Of a stretch of DNA of 64,000 bases, positions 34,048 through 44,687 are shown in pieces. Under the pieces are notes generated by a model. It was not told the DNA's origin. It did not search any database and was given only the letters and a program-made list of their open reading frames with translations. Location of the stretch: assembly GCA_000004985.1 (NCBI GenBank), contig GG738895.1, one strand, 5' to 3'. This DNA comes from Naegleria gruberi (taxonomy: Eukaryota). Made by a program: the position numbers and the translations under genes. Each line of letters opens with the position of its first letter. The first letter of the stretch is position 1.

Positions 34048-36021
34048 ATGGAATTACCAACCGAAAAAATGTCTCAACCAGATCTATCAACATTACCACC
34101 AAGACCTCACCATATCAAGATTCTAGGACCACCCTGTGATTGCAAACCAGTGAAACTAACCGTACTAAAACAAGTGGAAGAAAGTACAACAAATTTTGGA
34201 GCTTTCTACTACAAGTGCGCAACATGTCGATACTTTAAATGGGCAACAGATTCTGGTAATTCCATTGATTATGGTGACTTGTGGGCTCCATGTTGTCTTC
34301 TTCATCCCAACCGAAAGTGTAAATTATTGCAAATTGCAAGAAACAGCATTAATAGAGGAAAATTATTTTGGATTTGTGGAGTTTTGGATACTCCTTGTAC
34401 CCATTTTCAATTATTCGAAGGAAATATTGATGATTACAAAGAGTTTGTACCGAATTTTGATGAATCGTTATTGGAAAGTCAAGAACTAGAGAGTTCTCAA
34501 TCAAGTCAAATTGTAATGTCTCAGGCAAATTCAAGAAACATGATCGTTAGTCAATTACCAGAGGAAATCATGGCAGAAATTTTGAAATACTTGGACATGA
34601 TTCCTAATTGGGTGAAAATTATTGGAGTCTGTAAAGAATGGAAGAGAATGATTGATAATGTGATCGACCAGAAAGTGAATGATGGCTTAATTGAGCTTAA
34701 TCTTGGTTTTTTACATTCAAAAAGTCCATTTTGGTATTTTTGTGAAATTTTCAAAAGATTTTACAAAGTAAGAAAGATTACAATTTGTAACTTTGAATTG
34801 TATAGCGAATTAATGAGATTATTGGAATGGGTTGGTGTCGAAACTCTGGTATTATATAATTGCACAACCAAAATGTCCTGTAATCAGAAAGATCAAGTTG
34901 ATGACTCAGATAAGGTCTTAAATGAATGTTTTTCATTTAGGTCTAAATGCACTGAAATGTCATTCTTTCACATTCATGGAGAAACTCTATTATACAATTT
35001 CAATCATAATCATGTGGTACCTCATTTGAATGCTATTAATTCGGACATTTACTTTGAGTTTGTTAAAGAAATGGAAAGAAAAGTTGACATTACCCATAGA
35101 AGGCAGTTTCAAGAGTTGTCTCAGATTATTGCAATTAATTGCCCAGAGGATCTGAATTTTGTTTGGCTTAATGGTCCAGATGCTAGATCCTACCACAAAC
35201 ATGAGCAAGTAGACGCAAACTATGGAGATTTACTCGATTTACCTTTCGAACAAGAAGAATTGGAAAATATTGGAAAGTGTCATGTTAATGTGTATTCTCT
35301 GCCTACAGATATTGACGTTGGTTTTCTAAACCTATCTCTATTGGGACATCATAGAACACCAAAGATTTATGTGAAAAATGGAAAAAAGTACAGCTTTCCT
35401 ACCGTTGTTGATAATCAAGTAATTTCACATCCAGAAATTCAAAAGCAATTCATTCTAAACTGTGGAATTTCCAAGTATTTCAATGTTAACATGCTTGAGA
35501 TTGTCAACAAGGAACATTTCGATATTGCAGTAGAGAGTGGAATTGTACATTTTGAAAATGTTCACAAGCATGCATCCTTCAAAATATGTTTGGAAATATT
35601 GGCAAAGAATTTACTTGAAGATATACTTAAGGTTAATGGGAATGAAAGACTATTTTCCTTATGGAAAGGAACGTGTGTTTATAGACTTGTGTACTGGATA
35701 TACACTTTGCATTCGAAAGGTTTAGTCAAACCAATTCCTTCTTCAATTATTCAAATAGCCAAATCTATTGATTCAGAATGGAAGCAACGAAAACTTCTCT
35801 ACTCTCCTGTTTCAAAATTTTACGTAGATTATTCGAGAAATATTGGTGCTATTAGAGTTCCATTCTCATGGGAAGCTTTTGTTAATTATGGCGAATTGAG
35901 ATATCTTTTTGATGAATCATCTGAAAATTCAAATACAGAAATGGTGGAAAAGAATGCAAATAGAAGAACTTCCAATCAATTCGATTCTCTTAACCAACCA
36001 AAGAAGAGGAAACTAGAATAA
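34048..36021 (+). CDS. Protein with two N-terminal GRF-type zinc-finger-like motifs followed by an F-box-like domain.
   Basis: First ATG gives MELPTEKMSQP. The motifs CDCKPVKLTVLKQVEESTTNFGAFYYKCATCRYFKWA and CCLLHPNRKCKLLQIARNSINRGKLFWICG follow the C-x-C...G(R/A)xF..C...F.W pattern. The F-box-like part is SQLPEEIMAEILKYLDMIPNWVKIIGVCKEWKRMID. Confidence 0.5.
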   Translation: MELPTEKMSQPDLSTLPPRPHHIKILGPPCDCKPVKLTVLKQVEESTTNFGAFYYKCATCRYFKWATDSGNSIDYGDLWAPCCLLHPNRKCKLLQIARNSINRGKLFWICGVLDTPCTHFQLFEGNIDDYKEFVPNFDESLLESQELESSQSSQIVMSQANSRNMIVSQLPEEIMAEILKYLDMIPNWVKIIGVCKEWKRMIDNVIDQKVNDGLIELNLGFLHSKSPFWYFCEIFKRFYKVRKITICNFELYSELMRLLEWVGVETLVLYNCTTKMSCNQKDQVDDSDKVLNECFSFRSKCTEMSFFHIHGETLLYNFNHNHVVPHLNAINSDIYFEFVKEMERKVDITHRRQFQELSQIIAINCPEDLNFVWLNGPDARSYHKHEQVDANYGDLLDLPFEQEELENIGKCHVNVYSLPTDIDVGFLNLSLLGHHRTPKIYVKNGKKYSFPTVVDNQVISHPEIQKQFILNCGISKYFNVNMLEIVNKEHFDIAVESGIVHFENVHKHASFKICLEILAKNLLEDILKVNGNERLFSLWKGTCVYRLVYWIYTLHSKGLVKPIPSSIIQIAKSIDSEWKQRKLLYSPVSKFYVDYSRNIGAIRVPFSWEAFVNYGELRYLFDESSENSNTEMVEKNANRRTSNQFDSLNQPKKRKLE

Positions 36022-36223
36022 ACCGTAGACAAGTATTGTAAAATTGATAAAATCTATTCGTTAATCCAATACTGACAAGTAAATCCAAACTTGGACAAAT
36101 TGTTTGTATCATCATTACCATCCATCAAATGTCTTTACAGCTTCCAATTTGCCTTCCTTTTTCTACAGTTTTTTCCACACATTCAGTCAACCAGATCAGA
36201 ACCGTTCATCTCACTCAAAAAAA

Positions 36224-36799
36224 ATGAAACCATTCTTCGCCCTTCTCATTCTCCTCCTCATCCAACAACTTGTTTCCTGCCAATCCATCACCAAACAAAC
36301 CTATTACACTGAAGTCAATTGTGTTGGTGATATTTACACGACCATGTTCCTCGATAGTGGTTCAGCTTGCACATCGAAAGGATCAACTACTTGTAATGTG
36401 ATTACAATTTCTGGTCGTCAAGTTTACTTTACACAGGAATGTACCTCTGAAGTTCCACCTACACCAACCACTTTCACTGATGTCATTGCTTACACATACA
36501 AGAATGGTTCTTCTTGTAATGGGCAACTGAGATCTGCACAGGTCATTCCAATGGGAAAATGCATTATCGAATATGGTACCACTTATTATGCTTATTATGA
36601 TGCAACTGGATTCAAGACTTATTATTATGATAATGCTTGCAAAAGCAAAATGTTCACCACATCATTGTTTTTGAATACTTGTTTGAATGGTAATGTAAAG
36701 TACTCTTCTTTGGGAGGAAGAAATGCAGCCTCTTTGGAAACAAGTGCATCTTTGGGTGTGATTGTGCTAAGTGTATTGTTTAGTTTGGTTTCTTTCTAG
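36224..36799 (+). CDS. Small secreted Cys-rich protein with a predicted GPI-anchor signal (ponticulin-like architecture).
   Basis: Signal peptide MKPFFALLILLLIQQLVSC; about 10 Cys; C-terminal GGRNAASLETSASLGVIVLSVLFSLVSF is a typical omega-site plus hydrophobic tail. Confidence 0.5.
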   Translation: MKPFFALLILLLIQQLVSCQSITKQTYYTEVNCVGDIYTTMFLDSGSACTSKGSTTCNVITISGRQVYFTQECTSEVPPTPTTFTDVIAYTYKNGSSCNGQLRSAQVIPMGKCIIEYGTTYYAYYDATGFKTYYYDNACKSKMFTTSLFLNTCLNGNVKYSSLGGRNAASLETSASLGVIVLSVLFSLVSF

Positions 36800-36866
36800 T
36801 TAGTTTAATAAAACTAAATATTTCCAAATATGAGCTCTTTGAAATTCATAAAAACAACAAAAAAAA

Positions 36867-37444
36867 ATGTCTCAACAATCACAACAAGATTCATCATGGT
36901 TGGACTCTATGTTTATGGATCCTTTTTTAGGTGAGTATCAAAGGCTACCATTATTTACTGATTATCATCATCATTCCATAATTTTCGGAATTTGTTTAAA
37001 TTTCTATGATCACAACTTGTATTCGGAATTCATGATTTGAAAAACAAAATATGATTGATATTATTTGTAGGCTGTGCATATGAACCTGAAACTTCAATTG
37101 AAAACAAACCACCTCCAAGAAAATTACCACCTCTCAATGAACCAAATCAAAAGCCTCATCTTTCCATCTCTCACACCAATGAAGTGGTGAATATTTACTT
37201 TGATTTTAATGATACTGAGTGGACTAAACATGATGTTCATATTGATATTGATGATTTACATCACATCTTGTCCATTTCAAATATTAACAAGGCTAAACCA
37301 AGCTTTCAACGAAAACTTCATCTTCCTAAATATTTGAATACTAAAGAATCAAAGGCTAAATTTGCTGATGGATTTGTTGTCATTACATTCAAGAAGACTA
37401 TCAACTTGGAGCAGGCAACACCTAGAAAGGTTCCTTTGGAATAA
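36867..37444 (+). CDS. Small heat-shock protein (alpha-crystallin/HSP20-like domain). Exons 36867..36930 and 37071..37444; 140-nt intron GTGAGT...TGTAG.
   Basis: Exon 1 is MSQQSQQDSSWLDSMFMDPFL. Exon 2 holds the ACD-like segment VNIYFDFNDTEWTKHDVHIDIDD...LHLPKYLNTKESKAKFADGFVVITFKK. Confidence 0.55.
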
Positions 37445-37566
37445 TTGTAAATCTTTCTTTTTGTAAATATTAAATTATAATTTATACAATAATTGTAACA
37501 CAACATATTAGACTGACAAGAGTAATTGAGAGTAGCTCATTAACATGATAAAACAAGCAAAAAAAA

Positions 37567-38871
37567 ATGTCTCTAAAAGAACTTTATCCTGACCTTCTGA
37601 TAGATCAAGTTCTTCCCTTTCTCCCTGCGAGGTTCATACTAGATTATAAAATGGCTCCGATCTGGTTTAAAATTCTACCAGATGATTATCAACGCATCCT
37701 AACACAACGATCAAATGATTGGCTATTTACTAAAAGGTATGAAAAGCAGAAATCAAGTGTAGTGGATATTCTGTTGAAAATCATTATCAAATACAAGTCT
37801 GAATGCTATGGAAAATTTGAAAATATTGTCCCAACTGAATTTGGTTATCTTGTTGATAAATTGGAGGAAGGGAAGAGTAAGAATTACAAATCGATCAGGG
37901 AAGAACTAACATTCAGAGATGTGCAATTTATATTCGAGTTTGTGAGTCGATATAATTTCATATATTTGGGGTCCAAGTTTAATAGTATTATGAATAAGAG
38001 TACAGAACCTTTCGAGTTTAGCTGGGTTTATGCTCTTGATCCCTATTACCAAACTAATCAACAATTATTATTGAGAAGATTCAGAAAAAGTTACGATCCT
38101 TTAAGATATATCCACACAGATCTGAACTCGATTGAAGGATGTAAACGAATTCGAGGTCAATTCTATTTCAAGAATGGACACTATTGTTGCGAGCTTTACC
38201 ATGAATTATTCGTTAACATTGAAAAATTGGACAAGATTGAAGTTGACGCCACTTGGTCACTAATAATTTTGCATTCCTTGTCGTTTGATGACCTACATCC
38301 TGTCACTGACGAATACTTTTTGCAGAGATTCTTTTTACCTGTCATTGAATCTCGTCTGGTTTTCCAAAGTGAACGAGATCCCACGCCAACTTGTACCTTC
38401 GGTTCTGATAATGCTATATATTCACGTTTCAATGTTTCACTAATTCCCTCTCAAAACAAAATGGAAGTAGATGCCAAGATCAATAGACAGACTCTATCAA
38501 CCTTATTTTACATTGCTGTATGGTCTTTATTAATCTATTTTAAGCTGCTTTGGCCATTCAGTGATTATTTTGTTTTTCAACCTTACTTTGGAGAAAACCC
38601 ATTCCATTGGAAATCAATACTATTTATTATTTCAGATTTTTTTATACCAATCTATCCGGATTTTTTTATTCTAATCTATCTTATGAGAAGTATTCTTGTT
38701 TATTATTGGGGATTTTGGACAATTCATCATATTACCATATTGGAAACTCTGGTATTCATGTTCTTGTTCTCTGAACTCTGCAATTACATTACAATGTACT
38801 ATTTGCAACACGGAGCTGAGACACATCATGTTAGAACAATACCATGGATAAGGAAGAAAAAGAAGAATTAA
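37567..38871 (+). CDS. Hypothetical protein with F-box-like N-terminus and C-terminal hydrophobic helices.
   Basis: 434-aa ORF. N-terminus LYPDLLIDQVLPFLPARFIL; four predicted TM helices in the last ~130 aa. Confidence 0.4.
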   Translation: MSLKELYPDLLIDQVLPFLPARFILDYKMAPIWFKILPDDYQRILTQRSNDWLFTKRYEKQKSSVVDILLKIIIKYKSECYGKFENIVPTEFGYLVDKLEEGKSKNYKSIREELTFRDVQFIFEFVSRYNFIYLGSKFNSIMNKSTEPFEFSWVYALDPYYQTNQQLLLRRFRKSYDPLRYIHTDLNSIEGCKRIRGQFYFKNGHYCCELYHELFVNIEKLDKIEVDATWSLIILHSLSFDDLHPVTDEYFLQRFFLPVIESRLVFQSERDPTPTCTFGSDNAIYSRFNVSLIPSQNKMEVDAKINRQTLSTLFYIAVWSLLIYFKLLWPFSDYFVFQPYFGENPFHWKSILFIISDFFIPIYPDFFILIYLMRSILVYYWGFWTIHHITILETLVFMFLFSELCNYITMYYLQHGAETHHVRTIPWIRKKKKN

Positions 38872-39021
38872 ACTCAAAGAAGATTCCACTCCCCTCACAT
38901 CAAAGATTGAACCCTTAATCCAGCTTCCTAAACACTTGATACAAAGATGGATGCCCAAATTCTTGCTCTATTATTAGGACAAATAAAAAAGGCGCGAAAC
39001 TTAATTTAACAGCAAAAAAAA

Positions 39022-40320
39022 ATGCCTCCCCATTCTTCCCTCTTTCAAACAATCCAGTCACATTCCGATGAAACTCTTCGGAACAGAAGTACCACCAGAA
39101 AAACAACAACATCTCGGGAAAGGGAAAGTAGGAAGTGTCCACTTTGTATGAGATCACGTCTAGGGAGTTCATCTGAAGGTTGTGTTCATGCAAAGGCTTT
39201 GATTCAGAAAACTAATCTAAAGGCTCCATTCATAGGTTTACATAATAGTAGGCTATTAGATAGATGCCCTACCTCTAGTGTTAAATTTCCAGAGTTTAAG
39301 GCTTTAATTGAAAAGACAATCGAAGAGTTTACAGACTTGGTTCCAGCCAATGATTTTACAATCGATAAGAAGCCTTATAGAGAAATGCTTAATAGGCACT
39401 TTTATCAAAAGATTAATGATTTGGCTATTATCAGAGGAATATTTCCAAGAGATTCAAATGATAAGCAATCATGGAGTGATGATGCAATTGAATATGATGA
39501 CGAAAATGATGAAATTACTATTGTAAATAAGAACAATACCAGAATTGACCAACCATCAATCCCTCCTGCTAGACCTTTAAATCAACAATCACCATCCAAC
39601 ACACAAGCAATCATTCCAACCAAACAACCAAAGATCAAACCTGCCAGCAAACCGAAAACACCTAAGCAAACCACTGTAACACCACCCCTTACAACACCTG
39701 TTTCATTCACCAATACGCAACCAAAATCCCAACCATCCATAACAACCCCAAGCAATTGTACAAAGCAATTAATCCTAGATGTAGATAGTCCAATCATAAC
39801 AACACCAAAGATAACATATCCAACAATCAAGCCAGAGAAAGTCCTAACAACAACTCAATCCACTCCAAATCTAAAGAAATCTGATGATTCATTCCTCAAA
39901 CCATCCCCCATTAGTCCCGTTTCTGTAAGAAAGACTCCCACCATAACAACACCTGCCAGAAGGTCTTCTATCCCTTCCACTAAACAACCAACGTATCTTC
40001 CAAGTACTCCTCAAAAGATTCAAAAGCAAAAGATAATGCTCAAGAACAATAGAACTAAAAAGAGAGAATTAATGATGCTCTCCCAATCTGATTTTAATTC
40101 TCTACAATCTCTGGGTGAAGCACTTGTCCAAAACTGGGAAGAAAAACCACCAATCAACCAAATCAAATTTAAATACCCAGAGAATGGTAAGAAAATTCAT
40201 GTCAATACTACCGGGCTTGAAGTTATAAAGGACATGTTTGGAAAGTATGACTTGTTAGAATTTTCAATTGGTAAGAAACAAAGATACCTCACAACTCCCA
40301 ATAAAGTTCACAATATGTAA
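39022..40320 (+). CDS. Hypothetical protein with long Pro/Thr/Ser-rich low-complexity region.
   Basis: 432-aa ORF; ATG preceded by an A-run, as for other genes here. No motif recognised. Confidence 0.4.
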   Translation: MPPHSSLFQTIQSHSDETLRNRSTTRKTTTSRERESRKCPLCMRSRLGSSSEGCVHAKALIQKTNLKAPFIGLHNSRLLDRCPTSSVKFPEFKALIEKTIEEFTDLVPANDFTIDKKPYREMLNRHFYQKINDLAIIRGIFPRDSNDKQSWSDDAIEYDDENDEITIVNKNNTRIDQPSIPPARPLNQQSPSNTQAIIPTKQPKIKPASKPKTPKQTTVTPPLTTPVSFTNTQPKSQPSITTPSNCTKQLILDVDSPIITTPKITYPTIKPEKVLTTTQSTPNLKKSDDSFLKPSPISPVSVRKTPTITTPARRSSIPSTKQPTYLPSTPQKIQKQKIMLKNNRTKKRELMMLSQSDFNSLQSLGEALVQNWEEKPPINQIKFKYPENGKKIHVNTTGLEVIKDMFGKYDLLEFSIGKKQRYLTTPNKVHNM

Positions 40321-41030
40321 AACTGTCAACAACACTCTTGAAAATCGAGCTCAGACGAGACCAAGCAAACAAAAGAATTGGGCAAGCAAACAGAAGAAAC
40401 GTAATCATACACCCACCTCCCTTTTATGTGCACATAAAAGTAAGTCTGTATTACCAAATAAGAACAATAAATGCATGCTTAGTATACATAGGGACATCCA
40501 TTTGTGCAGCCTTATTCCCTGTATAGTCTTTGAGTATATTATATTCGTATCTAGTTTGTTGTTGACAGTAAACAAAATTTGCATCGTCTTTCGCTTGCAA
40601 AGAAAACTCGGTAAAACATACAACAAAAAAACAAACATTCCACTACAACATGTCGTGCTCTCACTAATTACTACTCCTCTACTAATAATATCGGTACCAA
40701 CACATCCATAGCGAAACATTGTGTTTTTCTGATTCAACAATAGCACACACAATAAATATTGCGCAGCAGCATCATTGGCCATTAATCTCCTTACTACTTT
40801 TTACTACTTTTTTGAAGCGAACTTTTTTAAAGCAGTATTATTAATAGGTTTTTTCTAGGAACAATGCCTGGGAAATTTCAGCAATGCCCAACAACAATAA
40901 GAAATGGAATATTGTAGGTGAGGTGAAATGGGATAATCTACCAACAAACAAGTAAAAAAAGAGAAAGCTCAACAGCAAGAAGAAAACTAAAGCCAACAAG
41001 AAATCAAAATCAAAAGTTTAGCAAACAAGA

Positions 41031-41702
41031 ATGCATGTCGTTGGTGACCATCAACAAACAGCACAAACACATGCCATGGAAGGAAACAACATGTTAGTAA
41101 TGCAACAACATGCACCAATGTTGCAACATGCAAGTGACATGTCTTTGATGCATCATCCTGACATGCATGAATGTGATTCGAACAGTAATGCATCACATGC
41201 AACTAGTATTTCTTCTCAACATGGACTCAATAGAAAACAGCAGCATGGAAAAACACCAATGAAATTTGTAGATGAAACAGTGAATGTAAGGAAGAAAATC
41301 AAAAAGAAACAAGACGAAAGCTGTTTTAAACGATCAAAATTGAGAAAATCACTCAGTAACGAAACATTCTTGGAAAATTACTTTGAATATGATAATATCA
41401 ATGGAACTAATCAATTGAAAAAATTCAAATTAATTGAATGTTCCCAGAGCAAAATTGTTACATCTGAAATAATCCCAAATTCTAATGTACATTCAATGCA
41501 TGTCAAGACATCTGAAAGCAAAACACTTGATGATGGTTCTACTTCTCACCATGTTGGATGTTCTCAAGCTCATGCACCTGTTAGCAACTCAAATGTATTG
41601 GAAAGTGAGCAAAATAACGAGTCAAATGATAACACTAATCTTCTCTTAGCACTGCTTTATGTACTGACCGCAGATTCTCAAACTCAAAATGTCTCAATTT
41701 GA
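41031..41702 (+). CDS. Hypothetical His/Gln/Met-rich protein.
   Basis: 223-aa ORF. Compositional bias only. Confidence 0.3.
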   Translation: MHVVGDHQQTAQTHAMEGNNMLVMQQHAPMLQHASDMSLMHHPDMHECDSNSNASHATSISSQHGLNRKQQHGKTPMKFVDETVNVRKKIKKKQDESCFKRSKLRKSLSNETFLENYFEYDNINGTNQLKKFKLIECSQSKIVTSEIIPNSNVHSMHVKTSESKTLDDGSTSHHVGCSQAHAPVSNSNVLESEQNNESNDNTNLLLALLYVLTADSQTQNVSI

Positions 41703-42080
41703 GTTTTACAATTATTCGAAAGAAGCGAATTAATTTTTTTGGACAAAATCATATTTAGAATTTTTGTCAACTGTTACTCAATAGTTCTAACTTGTTGTAA
41801 AATTACAATAGTAGCCATTAACTGTTCAATTTTTTCATAACATGATAACAGCCTTTTTCAGTAAAGGAATCGATTCTATCAATATTTTTACATTATGCTT
41901 CATTGGTTGGAATTTATCTGACTCGCTCTTTGCTACTAGATATTTCATTGTTTTTGGACCAATATGTATCAAAGTCTATCTAATGAATAATTGAAAGTCT
42001 CGGTAATCCATTTGGTAGTTTTGCATGAATGGAACAACTATTGTTAACACAAATATATTCCACGGAAAAAAAGATAAAAA

Positions 42081-42198
42081 GACTACAGCACCACAGGTTC
42101 CCAAGTTGTCTCCAACCTCAGTACTGATGTGGCTCGACGATGCTTAACTTCTCAAATCGGACGGGATGAGGTGCATTCATCGTGATATGGCCGTAGCC
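42081..42198 (-). rRNA. 5S ribosomal RNA gene (118 nt).
   Basis: Minus-strand read: GGCTACGGCCATATCACGATGAATGCACCTCATCCCGTCCGATTTGAGAAGTTAAGCATCGTCGAGCCACATCAGTACTGAGGTTGGAGACAACTTGGGAACCTGTGGTGCTGTAGTC. It carries eukaryotic 5S hallmarks (GGCCATA, CCCGTCCGAT, AGTACT, GGGAAC, GTGCTGTAG). A T5 terminator lies immediately 3' (plus 42076..42080). Confidence 0.85.
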
Positions 42199-42420
42199 AT
42201 CAATAATATAAATTCTTAGTATTTAATCAGCTTCACAAATTGTGATGATGATATAGAGTAACAGTGGATTACTAAGTATCAACTAGAACAAGACCTCTAA
42301 GATATAGAACTCATAAACTACTATCAAAAAAGAATAAAAGAAGATTGGAAATTTGAAATCACATTATACAAAAATCCACACCTAAGGATGATTGTCCTCG
42401 TAACGTTTCAATTATTATTT

Positions 42421-42620
42421 TGGACGGGAAGCCTGCCAGGAATATGGCGACAATCCCGCTACAGTCTTTGACTGTATGAACAGTGAAGGCAACGAAGACA
42501 GAATCTTGTTGGTTCAGTAAGGTTTGTTAAAGAAATTGACAGAGTTGGATCACCTTCTATTTATTGCACATTATCGAAGCTAAATTGATGGATGCAAATT
42601 TTGGTACCATATTTTCTTTA
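42421..42620. ncRNA. Unassigned GC-enriched segment between the 5S rRNA and the VOC gene; candidate small ncRNA (strand and ends undetermined).
   Basis: Local GC well above the intergenic background (GGACGGGAAGCCTGCCAGGAATATGGCGACAATCCCGC...). No ORF of 60 aa or more. An Sm-site-like AAATTTTGG lies at ~42596. Does not match 5S, U1, U2, U4, U5 or U6 as I recall them. Confidence 0.2.
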
Positions 42621-42824
42621 TCAATTCAAAATTGAAACTTCATCTATATATTTACTTACTGATAAATCTCTTTTAAATTGAATTTTTCAAAGATTCTGAG
42701 TAATGGCAGGTTATGAATCTACTAATATCCAAACTCCTTCGAGTTCTAGCGTTTACTGGAACAGTAACATATCGAAGAAAATTCTTCCTCACAAAATAGA
42801 TTCCAAATTAAATCATAAAAAATA

Positions 42825-43256
42825 ATGAGACAAAAACTGAACCTCATCACACTTGGTGTGGAAAATCTGCAAAAATCAATCAAGTTTTATTGTGATGGTT
42901 TAGGATGGAAACCATCAGAGAAGAGCAATGATAATTTAATTCTATTTCCTTTAGGTGTTGGAATGACTTTGGCTCTATATGACAGGAAACGCTTGGCTGA
43001 GGATACAACACTTCAAGATTGTGGACATGTTGGACATTTTCATGGGTTGACACTTGCTTTTAATGCTAAATCTGAAGAAGAGGTTGATCAAGTATTGAAA
43101 CAAGTTGAAAATAGTGGTGGCAAGATTGTGAAAACTGCTCAGAAGGTGTTTTGGGGAGGTTACTCTGGTTATTTTACTGATTTAGATGGTCATGTGTTTG
43201 AAGTTGCCTTCAATCCTTTCTGGAATATGGATGAGAATGATAATCTCGTTCTTTAA
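42825..43256 (+). CDS. VOC-family (glyoxalase/bleomycin-resistance/dioxygenase fold) small protein, intronless.
   Basis: 143-aa ORF. ITLGVENLQKSIKFYCDGLGWKP...FEVAFNPFW is typical of single-domain VOC proteins common in bacteria. Confidence 0.65.
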   Translation: MRQKLNLITLGVENLQKSIKFYCDGLGWKPSEKSNDNLILFPLGVGMTLALYDRKRLAEDTTLQDCGHVGHFHGLTLAFNAKSEEEVDQVLKQVENSGGKIVKTAQKVFWGGYSGYFTDLDGHVFEVAFNPFWNMDENDNLVL

Positions 43257-43302
43257 AATGATAAGTAAACAAATACGGTGTGTATATCATATATCAAAAA
43301 AT

Positions 43303-43338
43303 TGGAGTCATAGGGAATCGAACCCTAGACCTTCTGCA

Positions 43339-43369
<31 letters not shown>

Positions 43370-43375
43370 AACCCC
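43303..43375 (-). tRNA. tRNA-Ala (anticodon UGC).
   Basis: Minus-strand read GGGGTTATAGCTCAGTTGGTAGAGCGTCTGCTTTGCATGCAGAAGGTCTAGGGTTCGATTCCCTATGACTCCA. Has the G3:U70 Ala identity pair, anticodon loop TTTGCAT, a canonical T loop, and a T-run terminator just 3' (plus 43296..43301). Confidence 0.9.
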
Positions 43376-43606
43376 TTCTCGTTAATTTCTTGAAAATCAT
43401 CTATTTATTGATAATCTGAGGTGTTGTTTTAATAAGAGGAAAAATTACCTGAATCAATAATCTGCCACTCCATGTTCAGACACAATTTTGATTGTGCAAA
43501 TTGCCATGCAAGAAAGAAACAGTTAAACTTTCCTTAATACTTTCTTTGCGATTATTAATCCGCGTGCATTTTTCCAATTGTAAAAAAAATTCCAAAATCA
43601 CACCAA

Positions 43607-44445
43607 ATGTCCTCCTCTCAGTCTCCACCACCATCAGATAACACCAAGAAGGGATCCACCATTTCCCGAATCTTTTCAGTCTCTGATCAATTTGCAAATT
43701 ATTACTTTTATCACCAAAGTAAAACCAATCAGATTATTCACTTTATATTTGTACCTGTGATTGCATTTTCACTGATCATGTTGATTTTCCGAGTTGATTT
43801 GCAACATGTAGGAATTATTAAGAATATTTTGGTTGATGTTTTAGGCTTGGGAGCTGAATGGTGCAATTTGGCAACTGTTGCTTTTTGTTTTCTTGCTGTA
43901 TATTATTTGATTTTGGATTTGATTGCAGGAGTAGGTTTTTATTTTTTGATCAACCTTGCTGACCTTTTGTGTTTGATTTCACTTTAATTTTCATTTAATT
44001 TCGAATTTTGAAAATGACAGGCCTTGTTGAATGCCGAATTGTTTGCCATGCTTGTTATTTCTCGTCATCTCTTCTTAAAGTATAGTGAAGATCCAACACT
44101 TTATTTTGTTATTGCTGCTGTTTGTCAAGTTGTTGGTTGGGGTACTCAATTCTATGGCCATTATTTAGGTAAGTTTTCAAGAAGAAATTCTAAACTGAAC
44201 TATTCGAATCTAATAACCAATCGGATTAATAATTACATGAAATTTATTAATCAACTCGGTTTACAGAGGGTAAAAGACCTGCACTCATTGACAATGTTTT
44301 CCAAATCTTTATTGCTCCTCTCTTTGTCTTGTTCGAATTATTATTCATGTTGGGTCTTCGTTTGGATTTGAAGGAAATTGCTGAAAAGAAGTTGAAGGAA
44401 AAGAACCTTGCTGCTACCTATTCTAAACGTAACAAACAACAATAA
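43607..44445 (+). CDS. Mpo1-like / DUF962 (YGL010w-like) membrane protein. Exons 43607..43930, 44021..44168, 44267..44445.
   Basis: The DUF962 signature is read as YHQSKTNQIIHFIFVPVIAFS plus GWGTQFYGHYL-EGKRPALIDNVFQIFIAPLFVLFE, the latter only after splicing. Junctions are GTAGGT...GACAG and GTAAGT...TTACAG. Confidence 0.6.
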
Positions 44446-44687
44446 ACCACACTCTCGATTGTACTTTAATAAATTCTTTCATCAATTTTTTCATCATCCA
44501 ACAAGAGAAAGTCAATAATCAAAAAATATCAAAACAATCGGATTAAGATAGAACACTCCAATCATCTAAACTCTCCCCAGATAAGACAAACAAAAAGAAG
44601 AGCTGCTACTTTCACTTTCTATTCTTCCCCTCTCTATCAAAATAAACCACATCACTAGTAACGGTTATAAATTCTAGAAATCAAAAA

